Part shown: piece after piece, positions 1 to 9,039 of the stretch
How the letters are laid out: each line of letters begins with the position of its first letter
How positions within the stretch are numbered: the stretch's first letter is position 1
Assembly: GCA_964640935.1 (NCBI GenBank)
Contig: CAZXIY010000001.1
Location: 12,147-50,418, forward strand
Direction: 5' to 3'
Source: an uncultured Methanomassiliicoccales archaeon
GTDB lineage: Archaea > Thermoplasmatota > Thermoplasmata > Methanomassiliicoccales > Methanomethylophilaceae
Length of the DNA: 38,272 nucleotides
Program-made: the position numbers and the translations under genes
The notes under the pieces: generated by a model
What the model saw: only the letters and a program-made list of their open reading frames with translations
Told to the model about the DNA's origin: nothing
Database searches by the model: none

Positions 1-1
1 C

Positions 2-1492
2 TTCAAGGCCTCCGGACACGTCGACGAGTTCGCCGACCTAATAACATACTGCACCAAGTGCCAATCGCCTTTCAGGGCGGACCATCTCGTGAAGGATTTC
101 TACGAGAATGCGGACGTACTCACCCCGGAACAGCTCGAGCAGGCATTCAAGGATCATAACGTCAAATGCCCCGAATGCGGAGGGGAGCTCGGGAAGGTCG
201 AAGAGTTCAATCTTATGTTCAAGACCACCATCGGACCAGGTTCCGCACGTGTAGGATACCTCAGGCCGGAGACGGCACAGGGGATATTCGTGAACTTCCT
301 CAACCTCTACAGGTACAACAGGGAACGCCTTCCGCTCGGAGTGATACAGACCGGAAGGGGATACCGCAACGAGATCGCCCCCCGTCAGGGAATGATCCGC
401 ATGAGGGAATTCAACATGATGGAGGTCGAACTTTTCGTCGACCCCGACGACAAGGATTGGGTCAGGTTCCCGGACATAGAGAACGAGACCATGACGCTCC
501 TCCCGAACACCGGAAAGGAGATCACCGTGACCGTCGGAGATGCCGTCAAGAAAGGCATCATTGCCAACAAGGTCCTCGCGTACTTCGTGTACACGACCGA
601 ACAGCTCCTCGTGAAGCTCGGCATTGACCCCGCAAGACTCAGATTCAGACAGCATCTCCCGGACGAGATGGCCCACTACGCAGCGGATTGCTGGGATGCA
701 GAGGTTCTCCTGTCCTACGGATGGACGGAGATAACCGGTATCGCCGACAGGGGATGCTGGGACCTTTCCCGCCACGCTCAGTTCTCAGGCCAGGACCTTT
801 CGCATTTCAGAAAGTTCGATGAACCGCACGAGATAGAGGAAGACAAGGTTAAGGCCAAGCACAAGGCCCTTGGACCCAGATTCAAAGCGAAGGCAAAGGA
901 TGCTGCGGCAGAGATCGAGAAGCTCTCGCCGGCAGATGTAAAGAACGGCAAGATCTCGATAAAGCTCGACGGCGAGACGATCGAACTCGACGGAGAATAT
1001 TTCGAGATAGCCCATGTGAAAGAGAAGGTCGCAGGCGAACGCATAGTCCCGCATGTGATCGAACCGTCACACGGGCTGGACAGGATATTCTACTCCATAC
1101 TCGAGCACTCGTACGACCGCGACGAGAAGGAGGATTACACAGTCCTTCACCTGAAACCCGTCGTCGCCCCGATAAAGGTCGGCGTGTTCCCGCTGATGGA
1201 AAAGGACGGCCTCGATACCATCGCCCACGAGATCTACGATCAGATACACTGTACCGGCACGGAAGCGTACTACGACGGATCGGGCACGATCGGCAAGAGA
1301 TACGCCCGCATGGATGAGATTGGTACCCCTTGGTGCATCACCGTCGACTACGAATCGGTGGAGGACGGGGACAAGAAAGGAACCGTGACCATCAGAGACC
1401 GCGACTCGAAGGAGCAGAAGCGTATAAAGGCCTCCGAAGCGAAAATCGTCATCGACAGGCTGATCGCGGGGACTCCGTTCTCATCGATCTGA
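2..1492 (+). CDS. glyS: glycine--tRNA ligase (archaeal/eukaryotic alpha2-type GlyRS), 5' end cut by window edge
   Basis: The frame is open from the window edge (FKASGHVDEFADL... precedes the first Met at 89). Motifs RPETAQGIFVNF and YRNEIAPRQGMIRMREFNMMEVE are present. C-terminal anticodon-binding signature IGKRYARMDEIGTPWCITVD. TGA stop at 1490-1492. Confidence 0.93.
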   Translation, partial: FKASGHVDEFADLITYCTKCQSPFRADHLVKDFYENADVLTPEQLEQAFKDHNVKCPECGGELGKVEEFNLMFKTTIGPGSARVGYLRPETAQGIFVNFLNLYRYNRERLPLGVIQTGRGYRNEIAPRQGMIRMREFNMMEVELFVDPDDKDWVRFPDIENETMTLLPNTGKEITVTVGDAVKKGIIANKVLAYFVYTTEQLLVKLGIDPARLRFRQHLPDEMAHYAADCWDAEVLLSYGWTEITGIADRGCWDLSRHAQFSGQDLSHFRKFDEPHEIEEDKVKAKHKALGPRFKAKAKDAAAEIEKLSPADVKNGKISIKLDGETIELDGEYFEIAHVKEKVAGERIVPHVIEPSHGLDRIFYSILEHSYDRDEKEDYTVLHLKPVVAPIKVGVFPLMEKDGLDTIAHEIYDQIHCTGTEAYYDGSGTIGKRYARMDEIGTPWCITVDYESVEDGDKKGTVTIRDRDSKEQKRIKASEAKIVIDRLIAGTPFSSI

Positions 1493-1530
1493 CCTCGGCC
1501 AATCGATATTTAATACCTGTGAGAAAAGGA

Positions 1531-1560
1531 GCGGGAAACCGCCCCTTTTCCCGCTTTTTA
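1531..1560 (+). terminator. hairpin plus T-run downstream of glyS
   Basis: GCGGGAAA (1531-1538) pairs with TTTCCCGC (1547-1554) and is followed by TTTTT (1555-1559). Confidence 0.6.
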
Positions 1561-1661
1561 TCTCATTTCGGCAGACATCCGCCGGACGCTGGCATGGTTT
1601 CATTGGTTTCTCGGCAACCATTATATCTCTGGGAGACAGATTGTATTCCCGAGGTGTAAAA

Positions 1662-2846
1662 GTGGGAGTAAAAGACCTGCAGGATCTGAAAAAGATCTCT
1701 ATGCTCAGATCTCAGATCGAGAGCAAGACGATCGACGAGATTATGGACACCGATTTTCCGACGATAGGCCCCGAGGAGAAACTCGTGGATGCGCTCCTTG
1801 TGATGCGCAAGTCCGGTTACCAGGATCTGCCTGTCGTGGACGATGGCGAATATATCGGTACTGTGAATTATGGGGCGATCCTGAAAAAGAAGAACGTGGC
1901 TCTTGACACGAAGGTAAGGAACATCGTCAACACTCCTCCGGTAGTGACGAAGAACACCAAGATCACCGACGTCGCAGAGCTCATGGTGATGAACAACAGC
2001 AGACAGGTACCTGTTGTGAACGCCAGCAGAAAGAAGATCATAGGTGCCATAGGAAGGAACCGCATGATCGACATAGTCACCGGAATCAAGGCCTTCAAGG
2101 AGATCAAGGTCTGGGAGATAATGACCAACCCCGTGGAGAGCGTAAAGGACACCGCGATGCTCGATGATGCCCTCGAAATAATGAGGTCCCTCGACATAAG
2201 AACTGTGCCAGTGGTCGACAGCGCCGGCATGATAGCAGGTGTCGTCGGCATGAGAGAGGTCATAGACAACAACTGGAAGAACACCAACAAGACCGTCGGA
2301 GATATCTCCGGAAAGAACAAGAAGGCCGTTGTGACAGTGGAGTCCGTATGCAAGTCGGCCGTCAGCACCGTGAAGTGGGACGACGACGTCGAAGACGCGG
2401 TGGAGCTCATGTCCAAGAACAAGATCTCCACGCTGCCGGTACTCGAGGGCAACGATCTTGTGGGCATAATAACCCAGTATGACATAATCGAACTCATATC
2501 CGCATGCAAGGAGAGGTCGTTCCTCTTTGTTCAGATAAGCGGACTCGACGATGCCGACAAGGCATACACGAGCGCGATGTACGACTGCATCAAGGACGAG
2601 GTCGACAAGATCAGCAAGATCATCAAGCCCGAGTCGCTGAGCATCAACGTCGCCAAGTACAAGGAGAAGGGCGAGAAGAACAAGTACAGCGTAAGTGCCA
2701 GGCTCATCACCGACGGAAGAGCGATAAGCTCCAAAGAGGTCGGCTGGGATCTGATCAAGACGACCGACGACCTCATGGCCAAGATCCCGGCCGCGGTCAT
2801 CGACGAGAAGGACACCAAGGACTGCTTCCGCAAGAGAAAGAAATAA
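1662..2846 (+). CDS. four-CBS-domain protein with C-terminal HPF/RaiA-like module (function unknown)
   Basis: Four successive CBS-type repeats (e.g. IDEIMDTDFPTIGPEE..., VRNIVNTPPVVTKNT..., VWEIMTNPVESVKDT..., VESVCKSAVSTVKWDD...), followed by about 110 aa with a different pattern. GTG at 1662 sits 5 nt after GAGGTG (SD-like). Alternative starts are TTG 1641 and ATG 1701. TAA stop. Confidence 0.8.
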   Translation: MGVKDLQDLKKISMLRSQIESKTIDEIMDTDFPTIGPEEKLVDALLVMRKSGYQDLPVVDDGEYIGTVNYGAILKKKNVALDTKVRNIVNTPPVVTKNTKITDVAELMVMNNSRQVPVVNASRKKIIGAIGRNRMIDIVTGIKAFKEIKVWEIMTNPVESVKDTAMLDDALEIMRSLDIRTVPVVDSAGMIAGVVGMREVIDNNWKNTNKTVGDISGKNKKAVVTVESVCKSAVSTVKWDDDVEDAVELMSKNKISTLPVLEGNDLVGIITQYDIIELISACKERSFLFVQISGLDDADKAYTSAMYDCIKDEVDKISKIIKPESLSINVAKYKEKGEKNKYSVSARLITDGRAISSKEVGWDLIKTTDDLMAKIPAAVIDEKDTKDCFRKRKK

Positions 2847-2912
2847 GCCAAGGCCCTTCTCAACCATTTTCTCTAAAACCTTTTTAATATCTTTTCTCTG
2901 TACCCGATACAT

Positions 2913-5531
2913 ATGTCGCAATACGATTCCGCCGCGATCGAAAAACGCTGGCAGGAAATGTGGAAGAACGAAGAGATCTATCGTTTCGACCCCAAATCCG
3001 ACAAGCCGGTCTTCAGCATTGACAATCCCCCGAGATACACATCCGGGTCGCTTCACCTCGGTCACGCGACTGGTTATTCGCTGATCGATTTTGCAGCACG
3101 TTACAATAGGATGAAAGGATGCAACGTGTTCTTCCCCCTGTGCTTCGACGTCAACGGAACGCCGATAGAGGTGAAGGTGGAGAAGAAATACCACATAACC
3201 AAGCTGGACCTGCCCAGAAAGGAATACAGGAAACTGTGCTCGGATTACGCCAACGGCTTCATTGCCGAGATGACGCATCACTTCGAGATCCTCGGAGAGA
3301 GCATGGATCCCAGCATCTACTATCAGACAGACGCCCCGTATTACAGGCGCATAACGCAGCTCTCGTTCGTGGAACTGTTCAACAGAGGGCTCGTCTACAA
3401 AGGGAACTTCCCAGTCAACTGGTGCCCGAGATGCATGACCGCTCTCGCGGATGCCGAAGTAGAATACACCGAGAACGTGAACAAGCTCAACTACATCAAA
3501 TTCCAGATAGACGGCGGAAGCAAGGATGACTACGTACTTGTGGCGACAACAAGGCCGGAGCTCCTCTGCACATGCAAAGTGGTCGCTGTCCACCCGGACG
3601 ACAAAGATAAACAGCACCTCATCGGCAAATACCTCGTCACCCCCCTGTACGGGAGGAAGGTCAAGGTCATATCCGACCCGAAGGTCGATCCCAAATACGG
3701 TACCGGCAACGTCATGATCTGCACGATCGGCGACAAGGACGATCTCGAATGGGTTATGAAATACCACCTCGAGATGGAGAAAGGTATCGATGAGTACGGC
3801 AAGATGACCGAGCTCGCGGGAAAATACGCAGGTATGCCTGTGAAAGAGGCACGCGAAGCCGCCATAGCCGATCTCAAAGCTCAGGGCATCCTCGTCAAGC
3901 AGGAGGATAATCCACAGAACGTCTCCATATGCTGGAGATGCCACACGCCGGTGGAATTCCTCCAGGTCCCGCAGTGGTTCCTGAAAACGCTGGATTTCAA
4001 GAAAGAGGTCCTTGAGAGGGCCGACGAGATCAACTGGTACCCGGACTTCATGAAGATCAGGCTCCAGGACTGGGTCAAATCCCTCGAATGGGATTGGGTC
4101 CTGGGAAGGCAGCGCATATTCGCCACACCTGTCCCGATATGGGAATGCAAGGAATGCGGACATGCGGTCTGCGCCACGAAGGACATGTGCTACTGCGATC
4201 CGACGGAAGATAAACCGCCTGTAGACAAGTGCCCCGAGTGCGGATGCACCGAATTCGTAGGATGCACCGATGTCTTCGATACGTGGATGGATTCATCTGG
4301 TTCAGCTCTCTACAACACATACTGGGAGAGGGATCCGGAACTCCACAAGAAGCTCTTCCCGATGTCCATGAGGCCACAGTCCCATGACATCATCAGGACC
4401 TGGGCGTTCTATTCCATACTCAGAAGCGAGCAGATAGCGCAGTCCAGGCCGTGGAACGACATAATGATCCATGGATTCATAATGGCCCCGGACGGGACCC
4501 CTATGCATTCGTCCATCGGCAACGTCATCGATCCGATACCGATAATAACCGAATACGGCGCGGACGCTCTCAGGTACTATGCAAGCACATGTTCGCTGGG
4601 CATAGACCACGCCTTCAGGGAGAAGGACGTCGTGCGCGGAAGGAAGCTCTGCAACAAGGTCTTCAACATCGGGCAGTTCGTCGGACGTTTCTTCGATTCT
4701 AAACCGAAGGAATGCAAGGACCTGAGACCGTCCGATAAGTGGATCATCAGCAGATACTCACAGACGGTTAAGTCGGTCACGGAATACCTCGATACATACA
4801 CATTCGACAAGGCAATGAGGGACGTCGAGAACTTCATATGGCACGAGCTCGCGGACCACTACATCGAGATGGTCAAGTCCAGGAAGGACGACGCTGTGAA
4901 ATACACGCTGTACAACGTGTTCCTCGGAGCGATCAAGATGCTCGCCCCGTTCATGCCGCATGTGACCGAGGACGTTTATCAAGAGCACTTCGCCAAATAC
5001 GAAGGAGCGAAGAGCATACATCTCATGTCCTGGCCGGAACCTATATTCATCGATGCCGAAGCAGAGAAGACGGGGGATGTCCTCAAGGACGTCATCGCCG
5101 CCGTCCGCGTATGGAAGTCCGAGAAGAAGATCCCGCTCAACGCCGAACTCCAGCTCATGGAGATAATCGGCGAGGACTCATCGGCATTGGAATGCGCCAG
5201 ACAGGATATCATGGAGACCACGAAGGCAAAGGATCTCGAGATGGTCCAGAAAGCGGATCTGACCGAAGACTTCGTCGCCGTGAAACCCGTGCATTCGAAA
5301 CTCGGGCCGATGTTCAAGGCCGATGCCAAGACCATAGTGGCGGAGATCGCCAAGATGGATCCCGCGGATGTTGCTAAGCAGCTCTCCGAGGGCGGCGTCA
5401 AACTCAGCGTCGGAGGAAAGGATATCGTTCTGACGAACGAGTTCCTCGAACTCGAGAAACGTCTGATGCTCAACGGCAAGGCTGTCGACACCATACAGGT
5501 CGACAACATGCTGATAGCCATCGAGCAGTGA
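2913..5531 (+). CDS. valS: valine--tRNA ligase (archaeal type)
   Basis: Class I aaRS with HIGH-type motif SLHLGH. CP1/editing signatures TTRPELL and GTGNVMICTIGDKDDLEW resemble archaeal ValRS. YGADALRYY follows the KMSKS position. Length (872 aa) fits ValRS. Confidence 0.85.
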   Translation: MSQYDSAAIEKRWQEMWKNEEIYRFDPKSDKPVFSIDNPPRYTSGSLHLGHATGYSLIDFAARYNRMKGCNVFFPLCFDVNGTPIEVKVEKKYHITKLDLPRKEYRKLCSDYANGFIAEMTHHFEILGESMDPSIYYQTDAPYYRRITQLSFVELFNRGLVYKGNFPVNWCPRCMTALADAEVEYTENVNKLNYIKFQIDGGSKDDYVLVATTRPELLCTCKVVAVHPDDKDKQHLIGKYLVTPLYGRKVKVISDPKVDPKYGTGNVMICTIGDKDDLEWVMKYHLEMEKGIDEYGKMTELAGKYAGMPVKEAREAAIADLKAQGILVKQEDNPQNVSICWRCHTPVEFLQVPQWFLKTLDFKKEVLERADEINWYPDFMKIRLQDWVKSLEWDWVLGRQRIFATPVPIWECKECGHAVCATKDMCYCDPTEDKPPVDKCPECGCTEFVGCTDVFDTWMDSSGSALYNTYWERDPELHKKLFPMSMRPQSHDIIRTWAFYSILRSEQIAQSRPWNDIMIHGFIMAPDGTPMHSSIGNVIDPIPIITEYGADALRYYASTCSLGIDHAFREKDVVRGRKLCNKVFNIGQFVGRFFDSKPKECKDLRPSDKWIISRYSQTVKSVTEYLDTYTFDKAMRDVENFIWHELADHYIEMVKSRKDDAVKYTLYNVFLGAIKMLAPFMPHVTEDVYQEHFAKYEGAKSIHLMSWPEPIFIDAEAEKTGDVLKDVIAAVRVWKSEKKIPLNAELQLMEIIGEDSSALECARQDIMETTKAKDLEMVQKADLTEDFVAVKPVHSKLGPMFKADAKTIVAEIAKMDPADVAKQLSEGGVKLSVGGKDIVLTNEFLELEKRLMLNGKAVDTIQVDNMLIAIEQ

Positions 5532-5538
5532 GACCGAT

Positions 5539-5562
5539 CCGCGGGGGTATTGTCCCCCGCGG
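5539..5562. terminator. perfect 9-bp GC hairpin between convergent valS and helicase genes
   Basis: CCGCGGGGG (5539-5547), loop TATTGT, CCCCCGCGG (5554-5562). T-rich tracts follow on the + strand (ACTTTTTAAATTTT). Confidence 0.6.
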
Positions 5563-5621
5563 ACATTTACACTTTTTAAATTTTGAAAAGAAAAGATAGC
5601 GGGGCTCTCGCCCCATTCCCT

Positions 5622-7028
5622 TCACTGAAGGACCTTGACCGTTATGTGCTTGCCCTTGTGCTTGCACTTGGTGAGATCCATGGTCATCCTGTTGCCGAAA
5701 TCTCTGTGAACTTCGACGACCGACGATTCCGGACCGACCTGTATCTTTCCGATGGCCGCGTCGCGTATCCTCGCGTTGCGTATGATGAAATCGGCAAGGG
5801 ACACCTTTCCGTAACCGTCGTCCTTTCCGAGGTTCACCTCGAACTTCACCATTCCGAACACATCGGAGATCTGATCGTAATCGATGACCTTCCTGACGGT
5901 ATCCTTCATGCCGTCCTCTTCCGGAACATCGCGCTTCTCGATGCTCATCCCAGTACGGAGCTCGAACTCCCTCACAAGGTGCTCTTCCTCCGATGTCACG
6001 AACGACACAGCAATGCCTTCCTTTCCGGCACGTCCGGTCCTTCCGATACGGTGGATGTATGTGTCGATGTCATCGGGCATGTCGTAGTTTATGACGTAAC
6101 CGATGTCATCTATATCGAGACCTCTTGCGGCGACATCCGTGGCTATGAGTATATCGATCTTGTCGGCCTTGACATCGCTTATGACCTTCTCCCTTCTCGA
6201 CTGCGGAAGATCGCCGTGGATGGCCTCCACCTTGTAATCGAGATCTGTAAGCCTCTCATCGAGGATATCGACCATCTTCTTGGTCTGGCAGAATATTATC
6301 GCCTTCGGCTTATCGATGTCAAGTATCCTGCAGAGTGCCCATGTCTTATTCCTCCTTCCGACGGAGATATAGTACTGCTTTGTAAGATCGAGGACCATCT
6401 CATCCTGGGAGACGGTGATCTCCTTAGGATTCTTCATGTAGTCGTATGCGAGCCTCTTGACATTCTCCGGCATTGTCGCCGAGAAGAGGAGGATCTGCTT
6501 GTCGCCGGGCATCGATGACATTATGAACTCTATATCCTCGATGAAACCCATATCGAGCATACGGTCAGCCTCGTCGAGTATGAGCATATCGATATGCGTG
6601 AGGTTGAGAACACCCCTCTCGATCATGTCCCTGACCCTTCCGGGCGTTCCGGCAACGATATCGGTGCCTTTTTCAAGCTTCTTGATCTGCATCTCGATGG
6701 ATGCTCCGCCGTATATCGCGGTCGTCTTGTGCCCGGAATATTTCGAGAGCTTGTCCATCTCGCCTGCGACCTGGTTCGCAAGTTCTCTCGTAGGTACGAG
6801 AACGATCGCAGCGGGGATCTTATTCCCGGAACTGATCCTTCCGAGGACTATCGCCCCGTAGGCTCCCGTCTTTCCTGTACCCGTCTGGGCCTGTCCGAAC
6901 ATATCTATGCCGTCGAGACCTTTCTTTACGGACGCCTTCTGGATCGGGGTCGGTTCCTCCCAACCCATATCATCCATTGCTTTGGCAACGTCCTCTGTAA
7001 CTCCGATGTCTGTGAATTTTGAAATCAT
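5622..7028 (-). CDS. DEAD-box ATP-dependent RNA helicase with C-terminal DbpA-type RNA-binding domain
   Basis: Q motif/PTPIQ, AQTGTGKT (motif I), DEAD, SAT and HRIGRTGRAG are present. The C-terminal ~75 aa (GMVKFEVNLGKDDG...ITVKVLQ) resembles the DbpA RBD. The first ATG is at 7028; the ORF-track start at 7037 is TTG. Confidence 0.9.
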   Translation of the reverse strand: MISKFTDIGVTEDVAKAMDDMGWEEPTPIQKASVKKGLDGIDMFGQAQTGTGKTGAYGAIVLGRISSGNKIPAAIVLVPTRELANQVAGEMDKLSKYSGHKTTAIYGGASIEMQIKKLEKGTDIVAGTPGRVRDMIERGVLNLTHIDMLILDEADRMLDMGFIEDIEFIMSSMPGDKQILLFSATMPENVKRLAYDYMKNPKEITVSQDEMVLDLTKQYYISVGRRNKTWALCRILDIDKPKAIIFCQTKKMVDILDERLTDLDYKVEAIHGDLPQSRREKVISDVKADKIDILIATDVAARGLDIDDIGYVINYDMPDDIDTYIHRIGRTGRAGKEGIAVSFVTSEEEHLVREFELRTGMSIEKRDVPEEDGMKDTVRKVIDYDQISDVFGMVKFEVNLGKDDGYGKVSLADFIIRNARIRDAAIGKIQVGPESSVVEVHRDFGNRMTMDLTKCKHKGKHITVKVLQ

Positions 7029-7248
7029 TATAACCAAACCTACTGCCTGAGACTGACTCAGACACCATTCAGCTTACGCGCGAGCGTACTGTAACTGCGT
7101 TTAAATACCTATCTCATAAGATGGTATTTCTGACTGCAGGGACTTGCGATTTTCGTAATGCAGACGTCCGTTGGCATATCGTATCTGCAGTCTGAATGCA
7201 AAATACGTATCGCACGGCAGCAGACAAAAAACCCAGGCATTCAAAAGA

Positions 7249-7256
7249 TTTATATG
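7249..7256 (+). promoter_or_regulatory. TATA box for tRNA-Gly
   Basis: TTTATATG is preceded by A-rich CAAAAGA (BRE-like). The box ends 29 nt upstream of tRNA position 1. Confidence 0.55.
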
Positions 7257-7284
7257 AGACAATATAATCTCCCGCTTATCCCGT

Positions 7285-7357
7285 GTGGGCGTAGTGTAGC
7301 TGGTTATCACTTAACCTTGCCAAGGTTAGAACTCGGGTTCGAATCCCGGCGCCCGCA
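7285..7357 (+). tRNA. tRNA-Gly (anticodon GCC)
   Basis: Hand-folded cloverleaf. Acceptor GTGGGCG/CGCCCGC has one G-U pair. Anticodon stem TAACC/GGTTA with loop TTGCCAA (anticodon GCC). T arm TCGGG-TTCGAAT-CCCGG. Discriminator is A. CCA is not encoded. Confidence 0.9.
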
Positions 7358-7361
7358 CCTA

Positions 7362-7382
7362 CCGACTTCGATCGGGTTTTTT
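7362..7382 (+). terminator. short hairpin plus T6 after tRNA-Gly
   Basis: CCGA-CTTCGA-TCGG followed by TTTTTT (7377-7382). Confidence 0.55.
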
Positions 7383-7512
7383 GAGACTTGTTTGTTATTT
7401 GAGACGAAGTACTGATCCGAACATCCCCTCTTTGAGAGACTTATCAAAAATTATTGCTTTATTCGTTGATGTCCTGCAATATTCTAAATAAAAGGATTGA
7501 CGATTATTTGCT

Positions 7513-8070
7513 ATGGCTCTCAGTAAGAATCAGACGATTCTGATTGCTGTGGTAGCTATAGCCGTGATAGCCGTAGCCGGCATCGCAATCGCAATGAACA
7601 GCAACAACAATCCAAATCCAGAACCAAAAGAAACTGGCCTTACGGGAACATATGATTACAATGTTGCCGGGAGCAATATCGATCCAACTGAGAAATTTAA
7701 TCTCAAAGGGACTACAACCGTATATTTGAACAACGGTTCTTCATCGCCCAGAAGCAATAACATCACTGAAAGTGGAGCTGGCAGTCATCCAAAGTGGGCT
7801 TTTGATGCAATAAGTGTCCCAGTTTATCATATTGGTGATGCCGACAAATCTGGTATTGGACAGAAGAATGCAATGCTCAGCGGTGCCGTGTTCAAAGAGA
7901 ACACCACTATCGAGTACCACGAAAACGTCATAAACGTCGGCGTGTACACCGCGACGTTGACGGGGGGACTCACCCAAGCGATATACGCGGACGCCAACGG
8001 TGTCGTGTACAAAGTGGTCACATCCGACGGAACGTACACACTTACATACACACTCACCAGCCACACCTGA
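7513..8070 (+). CDS. hypothetical membrane-anchored/secreted protein
   Basis: N-terminal hydrophobic helix (ILIAVVAIAVIAVAGIAIA), then an Asn/Pro-rich linker (NSNNNPNPEPKE), then a Thr/Gly/Tyr-rich, probably beta-rich domain. No family recognised. TATA-like TAAATAAAA lies about 19 nt upstream of the ATG. Confidence 0.6.
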   Translation: MALSKNQTILIAVVAIAVIAVAGIAIAMNSNNNPNPEPKETGLTGTYDYNVAGSNIDPTEKFNLKGTTTVYLNNGSSSPRSNNITESGAGSHPKWAFDAISVPVYHIGDADKSGIGQKNAMLSGAVFKENTTIEYHENVINVGVYTATLTGGLTQAIYADANGVVYKVVTSDGTYTLTYTLTSHT

Positions 8071-8097
8071 ATAGATGCTCAAACCTCTGAATCAAAC

Positions 8098-8122
8098 GAA
8101 CAGCGGTCCTTGACCGCTGTTC
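8098..8122. terminator. perfect 11-bp hairpin between convergent genes
   Basis: GAACAGCGGTC (8098-8108), loop CTT, GACCGCTGTTC (8112-8122). Confidence 0.6.
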
Positions 8123-8178
8123 GCCATCCTTTTCATCACAATCTTACAGAAGCGACAGTCCGATCCATCCATAGGCGG

Positions 8179-9039
8179 TCAGAAGCTCCGGACCCACTGA
8201 TTCAAGACCTTCGACCTCACGCGCAGATCGAATACCGTTTTGTTCTTCCCGAAGAATGACGTGGGCAATTTATTCGACATGGCACACATCGATTCGATAT
8301 CATCGATAAGATCGTTCCTGACCGATGGCTCGATCGTATAGCAGCATACCATCTTCGGCAGGTGCACAGTCACCGCTTCGCCGATGGAATCTATATCGCC
8401 GGCATTGACCGATCTCACTTTGTCTTCTTCGATGCGGAACACCTTTATGAAATCGCTTACAGCGAATTCCTTTGACAATTCCACGTACTTAGCGCCCTTC
8501 TCCGTTATAAAAGCGTTCAACAGACCGTTGTAGGCGGCATTCCCCATATCCAACAGCGGCTTTAATTCGAGATAATAGGAATCGATTATCTCGCCGGGTC
8601 CGAGCAGTATGCGTCTGTTTATCGTCCCATCGGATCTGTCGGCATCGTAAATACGACCGAGAAGCTCCTTGCCAACGACCTGATATCCTTCTTCTTTGGA
8701 ATAATCGTATGATTTTTCAAAACATCTGATCGCGGCGTCCGAATCGACCCCCAGTATGCAGTATCCTTTCAGGAACCATGCATCCGGTGATCCGGTATCG
8801 ATGTCCAATGCCTTGTTCGCAAGATCTTCCGCTCTCCCCAACTCATTGCAATCAATCGAATCCAGCGAAGCTTTTAGAAGATTGATCAGTGTAAGACGGC
8901 TGTCTATCTCCACTTTGCCTGACGTGCTCGGCTCGTTGATTATCTCCGAACCGCAGTGGACGCAGAACCCTCTTTTCATATTATCGTCGAGGTGCACCTC
9001 ACCGCCACAGTTCGGACATTTCAACGCTTTCAGGACCAT
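8179..9039 (-). CDS. hypothetical protein with N-terminal zinc ribbon and TPR-like helix pair
   Basis: CPNCGGEV...CVHCGSEI forms a zinc ribbon right after the ATG at 9039. AEDLANKALDIDTGSPDAWFLKGYCILG is TPR-like. The longer ORF-track N-terminus (to 9135) looks like an extension. Confidence 0.6.
   Translation of the reverse strand: MVLKALKCPNCGGEVHLDDNMKRGFCVHCGSEIINEPSTSGKVEIDSRLTLINLLKASLDSIDCNELGRAEDLANKALDIDTGSPDAWFLKGYCILGVDSDAAIRCFEKSYDYSKEEGYQVVGKELLGRIYDADRSDGTINRRILLGPGEIIDSYYLELKPLLDMGNAAYNGLLNAFITEKGAKYVELSKEFAVSDFIKVFRIEEDKVRSVNAGDIDSIGEAVTVHLPKMVCCYTIEPSVRNDLIDDIESMCAMSNKLPTSFFGKNKTVFDLRVRSKVLNQWVRSF

Noticed and set aside
1563-4163. 866-aa minus-strand ORF antisense to the CBS gene and valS
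   Set aside because: The opposite strand encodes proteins with unmistakable CBS and ValRS motifs. The antisense product is a low-complexity sequence with no recognisable motif. Long antisense ORFs are expected in GC3-rich coding DNA.
5583-6518. 311-aa + strand ORF antisense to the DEAD-box helicase
   Set aside because: It is a shadow ORF of a well-supported gene. The same applies to 29392..30348 (antisense to eno), 33746..34744 (antisense to mat), 12980..13648 (antisense to pncB), 19777..20370 (antisense to hypD) and 20801..21376 (antisense to nth).
7038-7140. Possible cold-responsive structured 5' leader of the DEAD-box helicase
   Set aside because: A TATA-like GTATTTAAAC (7101-7110) would give a ~48-nt leader containing a 7-bp hairpin (about 7045-7064). 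The structure is short and unremarkable, and I cannot verify the TSS. It is too weak to report as a finding.
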